NCBI GenBank assembly: GCA_016707585.1
Contig: JADJHL010000008.1
Coordinates: forward strand, 433,206 to 497,205
Direction: 5' to 3'
DNA: 64,000 bases
Source: Ignavibacteriales bacterium
Lineage (GTDB): Bacteria > Bacteroidota > Ignavibacteria > Ignavibacteriales > Ignavibacteriaceae
In this document: one piece after another, positions 20,050 through 28,636 of the stretch
Numbering within the stretch: the first letter of the stretch is position 1
Layout of the letters: each line of letters starts with the position of its first letter
Translations under genes and position numbers: made by a program
Notes under the pieces: generated by a model
Databases searched by the model: none
Seen by the model: the letters and a program-made list of their open reading frames with translations, nothing else
What the model was told of the DNA's origin: nothing

Positions 20050-20478
20050 ATGACAGTATTTTTTTCAAAAAAATGTGAGTATGGTTTGCAGGCAGTTCTT
20101 TTTATGGCTGCTCGTGATGAAGAATGCGTTTGTCCTGCTGAAGAAATTTCTAAGAAGTTAAATATTCCCAAAGAGTTCATTTCTAAAATTCTTCAAAGCT
20201 TAACTGAAAGCGGAATTATTGAATCCAAAAAAGGAAAATCCGGCGGATTTAGACTTGCCAAACATCCTTCAAAAATAAAATTGATAGATATTGTTGACGC
20301 AATTGATGGATTAGATAGTTTTAATTCCTGTGTTCTTGGATTTCCGCATTGCTCGCCGGATAAACCTTGTCCGGTTCACGATCAATGGGGTGTACTGAGA
20401 ACAAAAGCTTATGAGATGTTAAGTTCAGAAACGATAGATAAGTTCAAAGAGAAAACGTTAAATAAAATTAAAATTTAA
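20050..20478 (+). CDS. Rrf2-family transcriptional regulator with three-Cys cluster-binding motif (NsrR/IscR-like)
   Basis: N-terminal wHTH (KKCEYGLQAVLFMA, ISKKLNIPKEFISKILQSL) and C-x6-C-x5-C (CVLGFPHCSPDKPC). Confidence 0.85.
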   Translation: MTVFFSKKCEYGLQAVLFMAARDEECVCPAEEISKKLNIPKEFISKILQSLTESGIIESKKGKSGGFRLAKHPSKIKLIDIVDAIDGLDSFNSCVLGFPHCSPDKPCPVHDQWGVLRTKAYEMLSSETIDKFKEKTLNKIKI

Positions 20479-20492
20479 AATTTTTTATTAGA

Positions 20493-20514
20493 TAATCAGA
20501 CTTTATAATCTGAT
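20493..20514. promoter_or_regulatory. putative Rrf2 operator, copy 2
   Basis: taatcagac-ttta-taatctgat lies 9 nt upstream of the ATG at 20523. Confidence 0.45.
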
Positions 20515-20522
20515 AATGAGTT

Positions 20523-21576
20523 ATGGAAAAGAAAAAAATAATTCGCAACGATGAAAAGGGGATACAGAAAACAAGATTTATAGTTCAATCAATATTTGCT
20601 GCGCTTTGTCTCTGGATTGGAGTCGAATTTTATTTCTTCAATCAATACTTAGAAACAAATGGCGCAACTGCATTTTACTCACGCCCTCCTGGTGTAGATG
20701 GATTTCTTCCTATAAGTTCATTTATGAGTTTTTATCTTTTCTTAACTACTGGAGAAGTTCACTCGGCTCATCCGGCAGGTTTTTTTATTTTCTTTTCAAT
20801 CGTGCTGATGTCATTAGTTTTTGGAAAATCATTTTGCAGTTGGTTTTGCCCAATTGGATTTATTTCAGAATTAGTCGGAGATTTTGGCGAAAAGATTTTT
20901 AAAAGAAGATTAAAACTTCCTAAGTGGCTTGACTATCCTTTAAGAAGTTTAAAGTACTTGTTACTTGGATTTTTAGCATACTCTGTTATATTTCTGATGT
21001 CTGAATTAGCACTAAAATCTTTTCTTGATAGTCCATACAATCAAGTATCAGATGTAAAGATGTATTACTTCTTTGCAAACATTTCTCAAACTGCTTTAAT
21101 TGTTATTGGAGTTCTGTTTGTTCTTTCAATAGTGATTAGAAATTTCTGGTGCAGATTTTTATGTCCATACGGCGCATTACTTGGAATATTTTCATTACTA
21201 AGTCCAGCAAAGATCCAAAGAAATGAAAAAAGCTGTATTGATTGCGGACTTTGCAACAAAGCTTGTCCATCTTTTATAAAAGTAGATAAAGTTAAAACAG
21301 TTATTTCTGATGAATGCTCAACTTGCTTGAATTGCGTTGATGTTTGTCCTGTTAAAGATACTCTAGAACTAAAAACTTTATTGCCTCAGAAGAAAAGAAT
21401 AAGTAAAAAAAATGTAGCGATCGGAGTGGTTTCAATCTTTTATTCTTGTAACAGGATTTGCAATGATAACTGGCAACTGGAAAAATAAAATCACAAAAGA
21501 AGAATACTTAATTCATTACAAACAAATGAATAGTTACGGTCATCCAACGGGAACAAAAGAGTTTAAAAAAACTTAA
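20523..21576 (+). CDS. membrane-bound 4Fe-4S polyferredoxin, NapH/NosR-like (apparent +1 frameshift near the 3' end)
   Basis: CSWFCPIG and CRFLCPYG motifs in TM regions, plus CIDCGLCNKACP and CSTCLNCVDVCP. The track ORF ends at 21488. Removing one T from the T4 run 21438-21441 gives ...VVSIFILVTGFAMITGNWKNKITKEEYLIHYKQMNSYGHPTGTKEFKKT, with the stop at 21574-21576. Confidence 0.75.
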
Positions 21577-21618
21577 TGAAGAAGTTGAAAAGAAAAATAA
21601 AACAAATAATAAATAGCT

Positions 21619-21683
21619 GTCACCCTGAATTTATTTCAGGGTCTGATTAAATATTAAAGATGCTGAAACAAGTTCAGCATAAC
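21619..21683. repeat. GTCAC...ATAAC-bounded intergenic palindromic element (two-hairpin subtype)
   Basis: gtc-accctgaa-ttta-tttcagggt-c, then atgctgaa-acaa-gttcagcat-aac. The second hairpin supplies the spurious ATG at 21660. Confidence 0.6.
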
Positions 21684-21695
21684 AAAAAGAAAATT

Positions 21696-22169
21696 ATGAA
21701 AAGACATCCTGCACTAATTCCACTTTCAGAAGATCATCACCAGGCCTTATTGCTTGCAATGAACTTGAAAAAGAATGCACCCAAAATTAACAATCTACCA
21801 ACTGAACCTCTCGGTAAAATGAATTATGCTAAAGAAATATTTCACAAAGAACTTGAGCATCATTTTAGGGATGAGGAACAATTTGTATTCCCATTTATAA
21901 AAGGAAAAGATGAATCTTTGGATCAACTGGTGTTGGAAATTATGGGTGAACATATTATCCTAAAAGAAAAAATTCTATCACTAACTGAAAATCCAAACCT
22001 TGTTGATCAACTTGATGAAATTGGTGAAATGCTTGAATTGCATGTTAGAAAAGAAGAACGGATGCTTTTTGAAAAAACGCAGTTAGTTTTAAATGATGAG
22101 GAATTAAAATTGATTAAAAATAAATTTGATGAAAGCAGATCGCAAAACAAATCTTGTAAAACTAAATAA
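21696..22169 (+). CDS. hemerythrin-domain protein
   Basis: Starts MKRHPALIPLSEDHHQALLLA. H/E-rich helices (ELEHHFRDEE, GEHIILKE, LELHVRKEE) are consistent with a hemerythrin-like di-iron four-helix bundle. The start was moved from 21660 because that ATG lies inside a REP hairpin. Confidence 0.7.
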   Translation: MKRHPALIPLSEDHHQALLLAMNLKKNAPKINNLPTEPLGKMNYAKEIFHKELEHHFRDEEQFVFPFIKGKDESLDQLVLEIMGEHIILKEKILSLTENPNLVDQLDEIGEMLELHVRKEERMLFEKTQLVLNDEELKLIKNKFDESRSQNKSCKTK

Positions 22170-22189
22170 CTTTAACAAAGAATAGTTAT

Positions 22190-22777
22190 ATGAAAAAATT
22201 AATCAAAACAATTAAACCACCGCCGCAATGGAGACTTGGTGTGCTGTTCAGTCTTGGTGTTTTAGTTGGACTTTTGTTTTTAGTTCTTCATCTGGCAAGA
22301 GCAACATCGTATTTATCTGATAAGCCAGAAACATGTGTTAACTGTCATGTTATGGCTCCGCAATATGCAACATGGCAAAATGGAAGCCACGGCAGAGTTA
22401 CTGTTTGCAACGATTGTCATGTTCCTCAAGATAACATTGTAAGCAAATATTTTTTCAAAGCATCTGATGGACTAAGACATTCATTTATGTTTACATTCCG
22501 CTTAGAGCCGCAGGTAATACAAATCAAACAAGCAGGAAAAAATGCGGTTCAGGAAAATTGTATTCGCTGCCATTCAAATGTTATTCATCCAATTTCTGTA
22601 AGATCAATTGGTAATCAGAAAATACAGGAAGAAGGTGATGGTTATTGTTGGGATTGTCATCGGGAAGTTCCTCACGGAAGAGTTAACAGTTTATCATCAA
22701 CTCCGTTTGCAAGAGTTCCAGGTTTATCTAATCCAGTACCAGAATGGATTGAAAAAAGTTTAGAAACAAAAAAATAA
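22190..22777 (+). CDS. nrfH: cytochrome c nitrite reductase small subunit NrfH (tetraheme, membrane-anchored)
   Basis: N-terminal TM helix and four CxxCH motifs (CVNCH, CNDCH, CIRCH, CWDCH). Confidence 0.9.
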   Translation: MKKLIKTIKPPPQWRLGVLFSLGVLVGLLFLVLHLARATSYLSDKPETCVNCHVMAPQYATWQNGSHGRVTVCNDCHVPQDNIVSKYFFKASDGLRHSFMFTFRLEPQVIQIKQAGKNAVQENCIRCHSNVIHPISVRSIGNQKIQEEGDGYCWDCHREVPHGRVNSLSSTPFARVPGLSNPVPEWIEKSLETKK

Positions 22778-22803
22778 TTAATAAATTAATTCAGGATTAT
22801 TAT

Positions 22804-24302
22804 ATGAAACCAATCAGCGAGATAACTAAAAACAAACCTTGGTTAGGTTGGGTGCTATTCTTTGCAACTGCAGTTGTAGTTTTTTAGTTGGATTATTTGC
22901 TTCATCTATAATTGAAAGACGAAGTGAAACGGCTACACTACAGATGATAAAACCACTTAAGGATTGGGAGCCGCGCAATGAAGTGTGGGGAGAAAATTAT
23001 CCGCGTGAGTTTGAATCTTATCTGAAAACATTAAATACTGATTATGCAAGCAAACACGGCGGATCAAAAATGATCGACTATCTTGAAAAATATCCTGAGC
23101 TTGTTGTTATGTGGGCTGGATATGCATTCTCAAAAGATTATAATCAGGGTAGAGGTCATGGTTATGCAATTGAAGATATAAAAAATACTTTAAGAACAGG
23201 TGATAACGAAGTAAGCCCTCAACCTGCAACTTGCTGGACTTGTAAGAGCACAGATGTTCCAAGAAAAATGAATGAAATGGGAGCTGCAAATTTTTATAAA
23301 GCTAAATGGAAAGATCTTGGAAGTGAAATTGTTAACCCAATTGGCTGCCAGGATTGCCACGATCCCAAAACTATGAACTTACGTATTAGTCGTCCAGCAC
23401 TTGTTGAAGCTTTTCAGAGACAGGGAAAAGATATGAGTGAGTTTTCGAGGCAGGAAATGCGTTCACTTGTTTGTGCACAGTGCCATGTTGAATATTACTT
23501 TAAAGGTAAAGAAGAAAAGTATTTAACTTTTCCCTGGGACAAAGGTTTTAGTGCGGACAATATGGAAGAATATTTTGATGAGATTGAACATGTTGATTGG
23601 GTTCACGCGTTAAGCAAAGCTCCAATGTTAAAAGCACAGCATCCAGATTTTGAATTATTTATGACCGGTATTCACGCTGTGCGTGGAGTTTCTTGTTCAG
23701 ATTGTCATATGCCATACAAATCAGAAGGTGGAGTTAAGTTTACTGATCATCATATTCAATCACCGCTGAATAATGTTGCAAACACCTGCCAGGTTTGTCA
23801 TCGTGAAGAAACTGATAGATTGATGCAGGATGTTTATGATAGACAGGATAAGATAGAAGAGTTAAGAAGAATGGCAGAAAAATCATTGGCTGCAGTTCAT
23901 ATCGAAGCAAAAACTGCCTGGGATAATGGAGCAACAGAAGAACAAATGAAACCAATTTTAAAACTCATTCGCCACGCTCAATGGAGATGGGATTGGGTTG
24001 CCGCTGCAAATGCACTTGGTTTCCATGCTCCTGTGGAAGCATTAAGAGTTTTAGGAACTTCAATACAAAAAGTTGAACAGGCAAGAAGAGAAATTGCAAT
24101 TTTATTCTCTAAACAAGGTTGGAAATATCCGGTTGATATGCCTGATATATCAACAAAACAAAAAGCACAGCTATATATTGGTTTGAATCCAGAAAAGATG
24201 AAAGCCGGAAAAGAAGAGTTTTTAAAAACCACAACAGTTAAATGGGATGAAGAAGCGACTAAACGACAAGGATTTTTATACGATTATAAGCTTAGGAATT
24301 AA
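22804..24302 (+). CDS. nrfA: ammonia-forming cytochrome c nitrite reductase catalytic subunit NrfA (pentaheme; apparent 1-nt deletion near the 5' end)
   Basis: Active-site CWTCK heme motif plus CQDCH, CAQCH, CSDCH and CQVCH. ATG 22804 (MKPISEITKNKPWLGWVLFFATAVVVF) joins the track ORF if the T5 run at 22880-22884 is T6. Confidence 0.9.
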
Positions 24303-24341
24303 ATCCTTAATAGTTAAATAATAATTTTTAGAAGGAAGAGC

Positions 24342-25607
24342 ATGAAAAAAGTTTATTTAATAATCGCAGTGTTTGCTTTTTTAGGATCCGCTTTTGCACA
24401 GGAACTTGATGGCTGGAAATTAAATGGGCAAATACAATTACGATCAGAAGTTGATGGAAGAGATTTTTCAAATGCCACACATCCATTTACTTACGCAAGT
24501 TTAAGAACACGTTTGGGAGTAGAAAAAATCTTTGATAAAAAAATACAGTTCTTTGTGCAGTTTCAAGACTCACGAGTTTTTGGTGAAGAAGGAAATCCAA
24601 ATACAGATTTAATGAATGTGGATATGCATCAGGGTTTTGTAAAACTTATGAAACCTTTTGATTGGGATATTAATGTTCAAGCAGGAAGATTTGAAGTTGT
24701 TTACGGAACAGAAAGATTTTTTGGAATGTCTGGTTGGACTTATGTTGGAAGATCTTATGATGGTGTAAGATTTTCAGTTTTACCAGATTGCTGGGATCTT
24801 GATGTTTTTGCTTTGACATTTAATGAAGAAGTTAGTTACATAGGTGGCCCATCTTCATCGGTTTATCCATATCCGCAAGAAGAAACACCATCACACAGTA
24901 TTTATGGTTTTTATAAAAAAAATAAAATAAGCGATGCAAGCAAGTTTGATATCGTTGGATATTATGAAATAAATCGTGAAGATGTTGGGCTTGATACAAA
25001 TCGGTTGAATGTTTTTACTATTGGTGGAACTTATTGGGGCAATTACGGAGATTTCTCTACTACATTTGAAGGAGCTTATCAACTTGGCGGAAGATCAGGT
25101 GTTGATGTTGGTGCTTATTTACTTTCATTACAAGGTGCATACAAAGTAGATATTTTTTCATTTGGGTTGGGTGCTGATCTTCTTTCTGGTAATGATCCAG
25201 AAACTGCTGATAAACATGAAGGATATCAAGCAACCTATGGAACCGGACATAAATTTTTTGGTTATATGGATTATTTTCCATCCAATGCTGCTGGCTTAGG
25301 TACAAATGATTTTTACTTTAAGTTCACTGCAACTCCAAAAGAATCCGATTTTAATTTTGCTTTAGATTTTCATCAATTTATGACAAATCAATCTGTATTA
25401 ATTACTTCATTAAATGATCCTGATGGAATTGAAGAAAGTATGCTTGGACAGGAACTTGATCTTACAGTAAAATATAATTTTGTAAAAAATACTTCTGTAA
25501 CCTGGGGTGGAAGTTTATTCTTTCCTGGTGAGTTGATGAAAATATTTTATGCTCCAAGAGAAGACGCTGCTTTCTGGACTTATCTAATGATTACTGCTAA
25601 CTTATAA
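24342..25607 (+). CDS. outer-membrane porin, alginate-export (AlgE-like) family
   Basis: Signal peptide, then WKLNGQIQLRSEVDGRDF...LRTRLGVE...FVQFQDSRVFGEE, typical of the Alginate_exp beta-barrel family. 421 aa. Confidence 0.6.
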   Translation: MKKVYLIIAVFAFLGSAFAQELDGWKLNGQIQLRSEVDGRDFSNATHPFTYASLRTRLGVEKIFDKKIQFFVQFQDSRVFGEEGNPNTDLMNVDMHQGFVKLMKPFDWDINVQAGRFEVVYGTERFFGMSGWTYVGRSYDGVRFSVLPDCWDLDVFALTFNEEVSYIGGPSSSVYPYPQEETPSHSIYGFYKKNKISDASKFDIVGYYEINREDVGLDTNRLNVFTIGGTYWGNYGDFSTTFEGAYQLGGRSGVDVGAYLLSLQGAYKVDIFSFGLGADLLSGNDPETADKHEGYQATYGTGHKFFGYMDYFPSNAAGLGTNDFYFKFTATPKESDFNFALDFHQFMTNQSVLITSLNDPDGIEESMLGQELDLTVKYNFVKNTSVTWGGSLFFPGELMKIFYAPREDAAFWTYLMITANL

Positions 25608-25613
25608 AAGATT

Positions 25614-25641
25614 AGAGGTGCAGAAATGCACCTCTTTTTTT
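25614..25641 (+). terminator. rho-independent terminator after the porin gene
   Basis: agaggtgca-gaaa-tgcacctct followed by a T6 run. Confidence 0.75.
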
Positions 25642-25848
25642 GCATACATAAACTTGCTGACTAACAACTTACACATCAAAGAATAGTTTGAAATTAAAAT
25701 TAGTTTATCCTAAGTTACAACTGTGGGTTTGATTTTACTTTGATATAACGATAAATACATATCCCAATTCCTATTATTTCGGCTCGGGGAGAGCGATGAA
25801 TTCTAATTTGATTTCCAAATAATAGTGCAAATAAAACTAGAATTATTT

Positions 25849-26832
25849 ATGAGAGTAAAAATCTTTAAAACATTGATCTTTTATGGTTTTTATATAATAA
25901 TCCTAACAAGTTGCTCATCTAATAATTTTATTGTTGATAATTGGGAAGAAGTTCGACCAACCAAGATAGCTTACATAGGTATCATCCCATATATGGAAAG
26001 TATGTACAATCCGGAGACTGGTGAGAGTTCTAATCTTACTTATTTTTTATTTGGTAATACAGATATTAATCTGGTAGATATTAAATATAATTATTGGTGG
26101 GAAGAAAACCTTAATGATAGCATGTGCACTAAACTTCAAAAAAGATTTCCGGATTATGAGATTAGTAATTATGTAGAAACGAAAAATAAAATTATCGAAC
26201 TTCAACTTTCAGATTTTGTCGATACTTTAATAACAATCACAGCAATCAAACAACTGGGGAATTTAGAAATAAAAAAGTATAGCAGCGTAATTAATAAGAT
26301 TTGCAGTCTTCTTAATGTTGATGCACTATTTATTGGTAATTCTGGAACTCCAAGTTTTACTCAAAACAAAGTTTGGTTGGATAATAAATATTATCTAATC
26401 AATAAAAATGGAGAGATAATCTTTTATTTTGAGAATAGTTTAAAAACATTCATTTATCAAGGCTCGAAATTGAAATTTTTCTGGCAAATTGAAAAGTATA
26501 GCATAGAAAATAGTGCAAGAATATTAGCGCAGGAATCTATTGATTATTTAGTTGAATCATTTCCTGCAAAATATAACCCTGAAATCAAAGATAAAAAACA
26601 ATCACCACTTCTTCCTATCGTATTAAACAGTGAAGGAAAACTTTTCATTCGTTCTCTTTATCAATTAAAAGTAGAAATTAAAAACTCAGATGGCAAAACT
26701 GTTTATAAACCAGAAGATATAGGGAGTGAGTATATATGGAACTATGGTGCTGAACTAAAAGATAAAGGAGATCAGATTTATTTTATTCGTTTTGATAACT
26801 CACAAAAAGTGTATAAAATTATTCTAAATTAA
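25849..26832 (+). CDS. hypothetical lipoprotein
   Basis: MRVKIFKTLIFYGFYIIILTSCSS has a lipobox-like LTSC. I prefer ATG 25849 over the GTG at 25825. No family recognised. Confidence 0.5.
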   Translation: MRVKIFKTLIFYGFYIIILTSCSSNNFIVDNWEEVRPTKIAYIGIIPYMESMYNPETGESSNLTYFLFGNTDINLVDIKYNYWWEENLNDSMCTKLQKRFPDYEISNYVETKNKIIELQLSDFVDTLITITAIKQLGNLEIKKYSSVINKICSLLNVDALFIGNSGTPSFTQNKVWLDNKYYLINKNGEIIFYFENSLKTFIYQGSKLKFFWQIEKYSIENSARILAQESIDYLVESFPAKYNPEIKDKKQSPLLPIVLNSEGKLFIRSLYQLKVEIKNSDGKTVYKPEDIGSEYIWNYGAELKDKGDQIYFIRFDNSQKVYKIILN

Positions 26833-26849
26833 AAATAAAGGGTACCCAA

Positions 26850-27530
26850 ATGAAAAACATTTTTTTGCTCATAGTTTTTGTAGCATTGTTCAATCAATCT
26901 TATGCGCAGGATTCTTGCAACCATAAATGCAAAGAGTTAAAACACGGAATTCAATTCCAGGTTACAAATATTTTTAATCTTACAAATTACGGCGGTTATA
27001 CCTTAGCATACAGATACCAGATTACCAGAAACTCTGGTTTAAGATTTGGTGTTTACACAATGATTGTGAATGATGATTATGATATTATACAACAGGTTGA
27101 TAGCATATTTAGTAATCCACCGGAAAGTGCAGATAATTTTAATTTAAAGTTATCAGTTCAATATCTACACCGAGTACTTAACTATAATGATTTTGATTTG
27201 CTGGTTGGCGGCGGACCATTTTATTCTATAAATAATATTGAATCAAAGAATGAGAATTTATATATAGGATATACTTATAAATCTACATATAAAAATAATA
27301 TCACCAGTTTTGGAATGGACTTGTTATTAGCTGTTGAATACAGGCTTGCAAGTAATGTGGCTTTATCCGGAGAATATGGTATAGTTATCTCTTCTGAAAG
27401 TGCTGATTTAGAAGAATCATCAACTTATAATTATGAGACTTATGACCAAGTAAGAAGCCAGATTGGAACCAGAGATAGACTGATGATCAGAGGTTCAAAT
27501 GTAAGTTTAGGGTTGACGATTTTCTTTTAA
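26850..27530 (+). CDS. outer-membrane beta-barrel protein (small OMP)
   Basis: Signal peptide ending YAQ, alternating hydrophobic pattern, C-terminal LGLTIFF with terminal Phe. Confidence 0.5.
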   Translation: MKNIFLLIVFVALFNQSYAQDSCNHKCKELKHGIQFQVTNIFNLTNYGGYTLAYRYQITRNSGLRFGVYTMIVNDDYDIIQQVDSIFSNPPESADNFNLKLSVQYLHRVLNYNDFDLLVGGGPFYSINNIESKNENLYIGYTYKSTYKNNITSFGMDLLLAVEYRLASNVALSGEYGIVISSESADLEESSTYNYETYDQVRSQIGTRDRLMIRGSNVSLGLTIFF

Positions 27531-27548
27531 TTATTTAATGGAGGCAAA

Positions 27549-27794
27549 ATGAACATTGTATTCATACTTGTCGCAATAATTATAGGAAGCTTAGTTTTTT
27601 ATTTTACAGTAAAACGAAAAACAAAATGTACTAAGTGCAGCAGCAATAATGTAACTGCAACAGGACAGAAAAGATATAATGAAGATAATCTTGCAATTCA
27701 AGGTTCACCAAGTTCATATCACGAATTAGAATACAAATGCAATAAATGTGGTGAAGTATTCTGGACATCAAAAGAAGCTGCGATTTTTAATTAA
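27549..27794 (+). CDS. small membrane-anchored zinc-ribbon protein
   Basis: N-terminal TM helix, then CTKC ... CNKC (two CxxC pairs). 81 aa. Confidence 0.45.
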   Translation: MNIVFILVAIIIGSLVFYFTVKRKTKCTKCSSNNVTATGQKRYNEDNLAIQGSPSSYHELEYKCNKCGEVFWTSKEAAIFN

Positions 27795-27798
27795 AAAC

Positions 27799-27827
27799 AG
27801 ATGACATCTTTTAGAAAGATGTCATCT
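27799..27827 (+). terminator. 13-bp perfect hairpin (agatgacatcttt / aaagatgtcatct)
   Basis: Perfect inverted repeat with a 3-nt loop directly after the stop at 27794. The U-tract is weak. A near-identical stem recurs at 31242-31272. Confidence 0.5.
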
Positions 27828-27920
27828 TTCCTTTGCGTAAGTGTACAAAAAATCACTTGCTTTTATGATTTATCCAACTATTTTGTGTATGTGAATAAAT
27901 CAACTTTATATAAATAGCAA

Positions 27921-28433
27921 TTGAAAAGAATCGTTAAAAATATTTTTACAGCAATAGTTGCTTTAACGCTACTAATTGGCACAACTGGAATTCAACTTTA
28001 TAAGCACAACTGTGCGGCACATAATTTTTCTGCAGTATCTTTATTTGAAGCGCCCGTCTGCGAAAAGGATCATCAAGTTGTTGAAGAGACTGATGATTGC
28101 TGCAAAACAGAAGTCGAGGAAATTAATGAACCGAGCTGTTGTGAATCTGAACCAATTAATCAATCAAATCCGCTTTCATTTACTTCGCAAGAAATTAAGT
28201 GCTGCATCTCATCTATTGAAACCAATCAAATTGAGGATAATTTATTTCCTCCAGTAGAAAGGAAAATTTTATTAGTTGAATTTATTTCTCCACTAATTTC
28301 GTTTATAGAAGTAATAAGTTTTCAATCGCAACAAAATTTAGTTTTAGAAAATAACAATTTACTTCCGCCACTTTTTGGTAAAGAACTTTTAAATTCACTT
28401 CATCAACTTAAGATAGATATACCTTTCTGTTAA
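27921..28433 (+). CDS. HYC_CC_PP-family-like protein (membrane-anchored, Cys-rich)
   Basis: TTG start, N-terminal TM helix, then LYKHNC, DDCC and LLPP motifs in the order of the named family. The family name is recalled from annotation practice and not verified here. Confidence 0.5.
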   Translation: MKRIVKNIFTAIVALTLLIGTTGIQLYKHNCAAHNFSAVSLFEAPVCEKDHQVVEETDDCCKTEVEEINEPSCCESEPINQSNPLSFTSQEIKCCISSIETNQIEDNLFPPVERKILLVEFISPLISFIEVISFQSQQNLVLENNNLLPPLFGKELLNSLHQLKIDIPFC

Positions 28434-28436
28434 TTA

Positions 28437-28588
28437 CCCAAACGATTTTGTTTGGGATTATCAAATGCTACGACTTTTTAGTCGTGGAAAAAATTAAATA
28501 AACTAAAAAGGCTTTAGCCTCATTAAATATTTTAATGTGGTTAAAACCCAGTAAACAAAAATTTTTTACAGTTGACTGAAGTCAACTG
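28437..28588 (+). other. array of at least five short independent hairpins in the leader of the TonB-dependent receptor gene
   Basis: Five hairpins: cccaaac/gtttggg (28437-28456), ctacgac/gtcgtgg (28468-28487), aggc/gcct (28509-28520), cattaaa/tttaatg (28521-28537), cagttgac/gtcaactg (28569-28588). Confidence 0.35.
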
Positions 28589-28636
28589 CAATGAAATTAG
28601 TTTATTGATTTAACAGAAATACGTTATAGGTATAAA

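Noticed and set aside
20606-20902. Alternative-frame + strand ORFs inside genes (20606..20902, 27976..28257, 39490..39681, 40213..40404, 52991..53218)
   Set aside because: They are embedded in the frames of recognisable proteins, and their translations have no motifs.
21660-21695. Upstream ATG giving MLKQVQHNKKKI extension of the hemerythrin gene
   Set aside because: The ATG lies inside the palindrome atgctgaaacaagttcagcat of a REP-like element. ATG 21696 (MKRHPAL...) is the more plausible start.
25825-25848. GTG start at 25825 for the lipoprotein
   Set aside because: ATG 25849 gives a standard signal peptide with a lipobox, while the extension adds MQIKLELF with no support.
28434-28636. 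Cobalamin or other known riboswitch upstream of the TonB-dependent receptor
   Set aside because: I could not find the conserved B12-box or other riboswitch core motifs by eye. Only generic short hairpins are present. I left it as an open observation rather than a call.
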